IMG/VR virus record: IMGVR_UViG_3300043080_000590
Span: 322,386-379,029 of that record
Reading direction: 5' to 3' (one strand)
From: a virus
Lineage: Duplodnaviria; Heunggongvirae; Uroviricota; Caudoviricetes
DNA: 56,644 nt
The notes under the pieces are model-generated. The model had not been told where the DNA came from and made no database searches. It was given only the letters and a program-made list of their open reading frames with translations. Position numbers and translations under genes: made by a program. This document shows, in pieces, positions 50,689 through 56,644 of this stretch (its first letter is position 1; each line of letters starts with the position of its first letter).

Positions 50689-51072
50689 TTAAACTGAATC
50701 ATTTTCTATATTATATGTGTTTTGTAAATAAGTTAGATGTTCTATACATTTAGTTAATGCTTCTAATTCTGTATTTCCATATCCATATATATTTATTTTT
50801 GCATTGTCAACTGTCGTTATAATGTACTCACACTTCCAAATATAATTTTCTATTTCTGTATATGCGTTTTTACAATTAACTGATATTTTGTATTCTTCAT
50901 CTGCCTGCGACCAAGGTGAATTAATAAATAAAGCCCATTGTTGCATATCTTCTTCTGATAATTTTTCTTCGTTTTCATAATAGAAATTTTTAAAATCATC
51001 AGTATAATAGTTTTCTTTTTTCATATAGTCAAAACTACCTGCTAAATACTTTTTCATTATCTCATCTCCCAT
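50689..51072 (-). CDS. Hypothetical protein
   Basis: ORF downstream of the minus-strand promoter at 51105-51077. Confidence 0.6.
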   Translation of the reverse strand: MGDEIMKKYLAGSFDYMKKENYYTDDFKNFYYENEEKLSEEDMQQWALFINSPWSQADEEYKISVNCKNAYTEIENYIWKCEYIITTVDNAKINIYGYGNTELEALTKCIEHLTYLQNTYNIENDSV

Positions 51073-51159
51073 TTTTATTATATCATATATTGCTTATATT
51101 GTCAAATTGTTTATTGACAAATAATAAAAATTATAATATAATATAGTTGAGGTGATTAT

Positions 51160-52257
51160 ATGTATCTTAGAACTTGTTTAGGTTTGGGCAATTTTATGGA
51201 AAGCAATTTAGAAACAAGTAATAATGTTGTTAATAATTTGAGTTATTTTAAAAATAAATGTATAGATATATTTACTCTTATAAATTATTCTCCAATTCCA
51301 TTAGAAGATGTTTATGATTTTTTGATACACTCCTCTTTTAATAATCTGAGTTGGTCACGCAATTGGGGAATTGATTATTATTATGTTAATGATTTCTTTA
51401 ATAGTATTCAAAAAAAGATAACACTTGTTTATATGCACGAAACAGACCATAGCTTTTATCGTAACGTTTTACAAAGAGAAAAGGCTGAGAAATGGTTCAA
51501 AAAATTTGATGAAAAATGTTTGGAAAAAGTAGGTAGAACATTTACACAGATTTTAAATGATTGTATTGCTAATATGCCATTAAACGGCACGACAAATATG
51601 CTAGTATATTATTTACTTGCTAAAATCGGACCTACATACATATCAAAAGAGAACATAATAAGATTGTTTGAAAGAATGATGGTTGTAGATGCAGATAGTA
51701 AGTTTACAAAATATAAAGAAAGTGGCTATACATTGTTTGAAGATTTCTTGGTTATTAATATTATAGAATATTTAAAAAACTATCCTGAATATTTTATCCC
51801 TTATTTAAAAAACAATAATGACAGCTTTGGCAAATACATAAGATATAGCCCAGATAAATTTAATATATTTTCTTTTGCAGAAATAATAAAGGCTAATGAT
51901 GAAATGTATGAGATATTTTCAAATAAACATTGCCAGACAGCAATTTTTTGTAAATTAGTTAAAGAAACAAATGATTTGATTATAAAGTATAAAGAAGATA
52001 TAAATAAGCTTCCTATTGAAGAAAAAGAACTTAAAAAGCATATACGAACAGGAAAAGTTGATTTGCTTGTAAAATATTTATTACTTCAAGACAACATATC
52101 GTTAGAAAGAGAAAAGAAACTTATAGAATTGCTTCTTAAATATAAAAAGACATTTACACTGGAAAAGATTCATTATGTAATTGATAATTATAATTGTGTT
52201 TATGAAGAAAATTCTCATATATTAAAAAAATATTTAATGATTTGCAAGTTAAGGTAG
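51160..52257 (+). CDS. Helical paralog family member
   Basis: C-terminus IDNYNCVYEENSHILKKYLMICKLR; promoter at 51114-51142. Confidence 0.65.
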   Translation: MYLRTCLGLGNFMESNLETSNNVVNNLSYFKNKCIDIFTLINYSPIPLEDVYDFLIHSSFNNLSWSRNWGIDYYYVNDFFNSIQKKITLVYMHETDHSFYRNVLQREKAEKWFKKFDEKCLEKVGRTFTQILNDCIANMPLNGTTNMLVYYLLAKIGPTYISKENIIRLFERMMVVDADSKFTKYKESGYTLFEDFLVINIIEYLKNYPEYFIPYLKNNNDSFGKYIRYSPDKFNIFSFAEIIKANDEMYEIFSNKHCQTAIFCKLVKETNDLIIKYKEDINKLPIEEKELKKHIRTGKVDLLVKYLLLQDNISLEREKKLIELLLKYKKTFTLEKIHYVIDNYNCVYEENSHILKKYLMICKLR

Positions 52258-52353
52258 AGTAAAATCTACCTTTTTTTATTGCAAAAAATTAAAAAAAATA
52301 TTTTTTCTTTATATATAAAGGCAAATATACAAAAAAGGAGTGTGAAAGAACAA

Positions 52354-52548
52354 ATGAAATTTACAAGAATTGTAAGAAAGAAATATCAACAGTATAAAGG
52401 TAAGGTTTATGATTTAACTGTTGAAGATAGTCATTCTTACAATATTGATAATTTAGTGGTTCATAATTCGGGTGCAGGTTCTTTAGTTTGTTATGCAACA
52501 GATATAACTAAAGTGGACCCCATTGAGTATGACCTAATTTTTGAGCGT
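52354..52548 (+). CDS. dnaE: dnaE C-terminal gene exon 1: split intein C-half (38 aa, 52354-52467) plus extein
   Basis: MKFTRIVRKK...VYDLTVEDSHSYNIDNLVVHN|SGAGSLVCY...DPIEYDLIFER. Confidence 0.92.
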
Positions 52549-52886
52549 ATGTCTGCTTAAAATGCGTTCGTTAAACTGGGTGAATTGTCGGGAAACTCCT
52601 TAGAGTTTAAGAATACTAACTTATTACAGCAATGTAGTAAGGGCAAAAAGTAATGTTGGAGATATAGTAAGTAAGTTCTTAAAATTGGACAATCCGCAGC
52701 CAAGCTTCTAAAAGCACATAAAAGTATAGAAGAAGGTTCAACGAATAGAGAGTGATAAGTGCGATAAATAATCTCTCCAAGAGTGCCCAGTGGATAATAT
52801 TCTAAGGAGTATTATCTAATGATATATTCTATACTATATGGAAACATATAGAAGTAAATGATAAACACATTTACGATAATAAAAAG
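52549..52886 (+). mobile_element. Group I intron dnaE-I1 (338 nt)
   Basis: AATCCGCAGC, GTTCAACGAATA, P7 GAATA/TATTC, U 5' site, terminal G. Confidence 0.88.
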
Positions 52887-52916
52887 TTTTTAAATAAAGA
52901 CAGAGGAAAACTGCCT
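52887..52916 (+). CDS. dnaE: dnaE 30-nt micro-exon (FLNKDRGKLP)
   Basis: Rebuilds FER-FLNKDRGKLP-DIDADF, same length as canonical FERFLNPERVSMPDID. Confidence 0.9.
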
Positions 52917-53263
52917 AAACAATATTGGGCATTAAAAGTGAACTTAAAAAGGTGTGCTTAATATTTAAGTGCTAACGGTAAAAGTTAAATAAGACTATCT
53001 ATTGAAGCCTTACAAGGAGATAATAGGTGTATGATTTATAATCATAGGTAGAATATACTTCTACAGACGAAATAACTTTCTAAGAGAGTCTAAGGTGCTT
53101 TTAAAGCATAGCTGATAATACCGTGTCTTTAATAAGATGTAACGACTATCCATTTATTTGGAGTACCATTATAAAATGGGAAGTGCTTTTATGCAAAATT
53201 GTTTATATAAAATTGTTTTGTAAAGATATAGTCTGATGTTATAGGAAACTATAAATAATAATG
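52917..53263 (+). mobile_element. Group I intron dnaE-I2 (347 nt)
   Basis: P1 UGCCU/GGGCA with U.G, P10 AAUAUU/GAUAUU, GTAACGACTA, AAGATATAGTC. Confidence 0.92.
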
Positions 53264-53724
53264 GATATTGATGCAGATTTCTGTATTTATGAAGGTGATA
53301 AAGTATTTGATTATTTAAATAATAAATATGGGAAAAATCACTGTTGTAATATTATTACTTTCCAAAGATTACAAACTAAAGCAATAATAAAAGATTTAGC
53401 AAGGGCTTTGGAAGTAGATTTTAGTGAAGTAAATAAATTTACAGCATCTATACCTGATAAAATTGATGATAAAGATGTACATATAAAAGATTTGGTTGAT
53501 AATCCTCAATTTTCTTGGTTTTTTAATAAATATCCTGTTATTAAGAAACACGCTTTAAAATTAGAGGGATTACCTAAATCAACATCTCAACATCCTGCTG
53601 GTATTGGTGTTGTACCTTGCGAAATAACTGACTTAGTACCTGTTATTCCTGCAAAGGAAACAGCGAGTGGAATGAAAACATATTTATCATCTTTTGAAAA
53701 GGAACAAACTGAACAAATGGGTGT
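53264..53724 (+). CDS. dnaE: dnaE C-terminal gene, internal exon
   Basis: DIDADF (catalytic Asp residues), KDLARAL, GLPKSTSQHPAGI. Confidence 0.9.
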
Positions 53725-55901
53725 AAACATAACTGCACCCGTAAAAGTGGGTTATATGCTGGAAACTGCTTAGAGCCTTTATGCACCTACAATATTTTGT
53801 GTTTATTGTAGTCGAAACAGTTAAAGGATTGCACAATCAGCAGGCACGATAAGGTCCGCCTCAGAGACTATGAGAATATCTCAGGTATATAATGGTGACG
53901 TTATATATCAACCCCACTAAATAGAATTTATTTCTATGAATGATATAGTCCAGACTGAATATGAATTAACATATTGTAATTCTATGTGGTAATGTCGCAC
54001 ATAGGATAATGACTGAGAAGTCCAGAACATAAGCAGAAATGACTTATGATTTATTATTAAAAGGTATATAAATTTTAAATGATATAAAATAAATAAAGAT
54101 AGTCATTCTCCCCAAATGGCTATCTTATATAAAATTAATAAATAATATTATATTCTTTTAATTTGTTTTTTACTAATTCAGGAGTTAAATCTTCATCATA
54201 TCTAACTCTAATTAAAGTTATATTGTGCTCTTTGCATAATTTATCTTTTAATTTATCTTTTTCTTGTAAATTTAAAAGACTGTTTTCTTCTTTGTTATAA
54301 AAAGAAACTTCCTTAAAATGTTGTTCACCATCATATTCTATTGCTAAATTATATTTTTCAAAATAACCGTCTAAATATAAATTGCAACTTGTTTTAGGAT
54401 TTTTTAACCATGTAAATGTTTTTTCAGTTTGAGCAATAATTTTTAACTCTTGTTCAAACAAATATATGCAATATAACCCAATATCAGAAACTGAATTTCC
54501 ATTTGTTGCAACATTTACAATATTTAATTTATCGCATATTCCTTTTATGTTGCCAAATCTATGTAAATATGTAGGTCTTGAATATTTTGTTTCTTTTTCT
54601 AAAATAACCGTATTTATAGTGCCAAACTTATTAGCCAATTCTTGCAACTCTGCTAACAATTCTTCGTCTGATACACTTGAAGCATAGTTGGGTTTTAATC
54701 CCATTTCCATTAACATATTTGAAAACGAACCAAACATATTTTCAACATTAGTTTGTGTTATATATCCATCTTTTCTTTGAATTGTTGTATTTAATTTTTC
54801 ACCATTAGCATAATATAACTTCCACATATGCTCAATAATTTCTTCTTTTGTCTTTTCTATTCTATTTCCCTTAAATAACCCTAACTCCTGTACAGCCTTA
54901 CTAAAACTGCCAAAAAGTTTTGTTACTATATGTTGTGAAATACCTGTTTTTCCATAAAACTCATTAGCTGTAAATTTTTGTTTATTGTTTTTTTCATAAA
55001 AATCAATTATTTTATTAGCAATTTCTTCTTTTGTAATATGAGAAGTTTTAGGATGGTTTACCATTTTTATTTTCATTGTTGTATTATAAAGGTCTATCTT
55101 TTTTAAAAAATTTCTAAAACTACCATATTTTTCTAAAAAAGTTTTTTTATGTATTTTTGTTTTTTGAAAAAATAATTTAGAAGTAACAGTACCTTCTTCT
55201 TTAAGTATTCGTAGTGCTTCGTTTTTACAAAACTCATCATCAAAATCTTTTATTTGTGACGGTCTAATTTTTCCTGCGTTTGATTTTTTCTTGTCATTTA
55301 TTATTTTTTGTTTATCATATAATCCTATTTCTTTTAAAAAACAAATAAAAGAATTATTAAACATTTTCATAAAAGTAGGTTTATGAAAATTTGTATATTT
55401 AAGAAATTTTTCTTTAGTTATTTCGCCTTCTTTGTTAAAAAATTCATAAGCTTTTTCTTTTGTTTCTTCTTTCGTAAAATCATATATTTTATTGCTTTTT
55501 CTTTTTTGACATTCGTATTGCTTTTTTGCTAATTTTGCTTTTGTTTCTTCTGAATGCGAAAAATGTTTATTACCTATTAAAGGGAGTTCTCTTTCGAAAT
55601 TTATATCTATAATATTTTCTTTTGAACATTCCATTAAAGCATACTTAAAGGATTTAAAATGTGTTTTAATTTCTTTTAACTTAAAATTACCCTCACATTC
55701 ATATATTTCCCTGTTAATAAAGCCATTTTTTTGATATATATATAATATATCATTTAAAATTTCTTGTTTGATTTGTGTTTCATCATTATTTTGATTCATA
55801 AATCAAACTCCTTTCTTATTTTTTATATTTGAATAAAGTTGGGGAACTTTATTCTCTTTAATATATAAAAAAAATAAGAAACAATAAATATAATATTTGG
55901 G
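53725..55901 (+). mobile_element. Group I intron dnaE-I3 (2177 nt) carrying an antisense endonuclease ORF
   Basis: P1 GGGUGU/GCACCC and P10 UAACU/GGUUA; AATCAGCAGG, TCAGAGACTA, GATATAGTC; splicing gives EQMGVVKFDIL. Confidence 0.88.
54135..55799 (-). CDS. Putative homing endonuclease: NUMOD3-like motif, about 6 helical repeats, C-terminal DUF559/Vsr-like nuclease
   Basis: HSEETKAKL; repeats ending FGSF...LG/L; LYLDGY...LAIEYDGEQHF...KDKLC...LIRV; own RBS AAGGAG. Confidence 0.8.
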   Translation of the reverse strand: MNQNNDETQIKQEILNDILYIYQKNGFINREIYECEGNFKLKEIKTHFKSFKYALMECSKENIIDINFERELPLIGNKHFSHSEETKAKLAKKQYECQKRKSNKIYDFTKEETKEKAYEFFNKEGEITKEKFLKYTNFHKPTFMKMFNNSFICFLKEIGLYDKQKIINDKKKSNAGKIRPSQIKDFDDEFCKNEALRILKEEGTVTSKLFFQKTKIHKKTFLEKYGSFRNFLKKIDLYNTTMKIKMVNHPKTSHITKEEIANKIIDFYEKNNKQKFTANEFYGKTGISQHIVTKLFGSFSKAVQELGLFKGNRIEKTKEEIIEHMWKLYYANGEKLNTTIQRKDGYITQTNVENMFGSFSNMLMEMGLKPNYASSVSDEELLAELQELANKFGTINTVILEKETKYSRPTYLHRFGNIKGICDKLNIVNVATNGNSVSDIGLYCIYLFEQELKIIAQTEKTFTWLKNPKTSCNLYLDGYFEKYNLAIEYDGEQHFKEVSFYNKEENSLLNLQEKDKLKDKLCKEHNITLIRVRYDEDLTPELVKNKLKEYNIIY

Positions 55902-56262
55902 GGTTAAATTTGACATACTTAAATTAAAAAATTGCTCTACGTTAAGAATTATGGTTAAAGAAATAAATAAGCGTTACAATTTAAATTTAACAGAAGATAA
56001 AATACCATTAGATGACAAAAAAACTTGGGATTTAATTTCAAGTGGTAAAACTTTAGGTGTATTTCAGTTCGCTTCTCCATTAGGAATAAGTACTGTAAGA
56101 AAAATGCACCCTGCAAATATTGAAGAATTAGCAGCAGCAACATCATTCATTAGACCTGGTTCATCAGGACTTGATAGTTATATGAAAGGTAAAGATGATG
56201 CTACAAAAGTTGCTAAAACTGATAAAAGATTAGATAAATGTTTAAAGTCAACATATGGAGCT
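55902..56262 (+). CDS. dnaE: dnaE C-terminal gene, internal exon
   Basis: VKFDILKL, TLGVFQFAS, IEELAAATSFIRPG, STYGA. Confidence 0.9.
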
Positions 56263-56644
56263 AAAATAGCATAATTGGTTCGTAAATGAGTAAACTGACG
56301 GGGAATTCCTTAGAGCTTTATATACCAACTTATTATAGCAATGTAATAAGGGCAATGAGTAACGTCAAAGGTATGGTAAAAAATATAAAGATTGGATAAT
56401 CCGCAGCCAACTACCTTTTTTGAGGTAGGGGTTCAACGACTATGAGAATATCTCAAATATATAATAGTAATGTTATATATTATCCTCATTATTAAATTTG
56501 TAAAAATTTATAAAGATATAGTCTGAACTGTGAATGAATTGACATTCAAAAGTCTTTAATTATAAAAATATGCTAATCCTGAAAATAATTAAAGAAGCGT
56601 TGAAAAACCCAGAGTTAGGCAGAAATGCCCTAACCAATAATTAT
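56263..56644 (+). mobile_element. Group I intron dnaE-I4 (3' end beyond the window)
   Basis: P1 GAGCU/GGUUC with U.G, AATCCGCAGC, GTTCAACGACTA, AAGATATAGTC; interrupts TYG-x-I-x-YQEQ. Confidence 0.85.

Noticed and set aside
45049-52353. Homing endonuclease between the split intein halves
   Set aside because: No HNH, GIY-YIG, LAGLIDADG or Vsr motif found in the intervening ORFs.
53261-55899. In-frame ATG/TTG at intron 3' ends as independent starts of dnaE fragments
   Set aside because: No RBS; explained by intron terminal sequence; fragments would lack upstream catalytic motifs.
53720-55902. Alternative dnaE-I3 junction 53722/55900 giving QMG-G-VKFD
   Set aside because: P1 places the U.G pair at 53724, P10 fits exon start 55902, and MGVVKFD matches the family better.
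1779-56146. Short antisense or out-of-frame ORFs inside long genes (e.g. 1779, 3231, 4259, 4560, 13978, 22583, 28242, 48120, 55955)
   Set aside because: Shadow ORFs of well-supported genes; no RBS or motifs.
1-56644. Stop-codon reassignment as in some gut jumbo phages
   Set aside because: TAG, TGA and TAA all end full-length, tightly packed genes; apparent breaks are explained by introns, inteins or one frameshift.

Overview
Very AT-rich window (standard code 11) from a large mobile genome of a Firmicute, probably a Clostridia-infecting jumbo phage. No virion genes are visible, so a megaplasmid or phage-plasmid cannot be excluded. Contents: (i) 11 DNA methyltransferase genes in the first 17 kb, one frameshifted at a G7 tract, plus a PAPS-reductase-like gene; (ii) host-like genes gyrA, clpP, clpX, a sigma factor, a DHH phosphoesterase, a 5'-3' exonuclease, YhaM-like HD nucleases and a DNA Pol III alpha subunit (dnaE); (iii) at least 6 group I introns (gyrA, clpX, 4 in dnaE); (iv) dnaE broken into two genes 7.3 kb apart that carry the halves of a split intein, with a cis-intein in the N-half and a 30-nt micro-exon in the C-half; (v) a chromosome-type replication origin (AT-rich unwinding region, TAG trios, DnaA-box cluster); (vi) two cas-less CRISPR arrays, each preceded by the same promoter, covarying structured ncRNA (with anti-repeat segments) and leader, with one spacer nearly matching a gene in this window; (vii) a Ycf46-like AAA/DUF1257/DUF2997 operon with paralogs sharing a basic C-terminal tail; (viii) a family of about 9 helical paralogs. 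All family assignments come from motif recognition by eye; no database searches were run.
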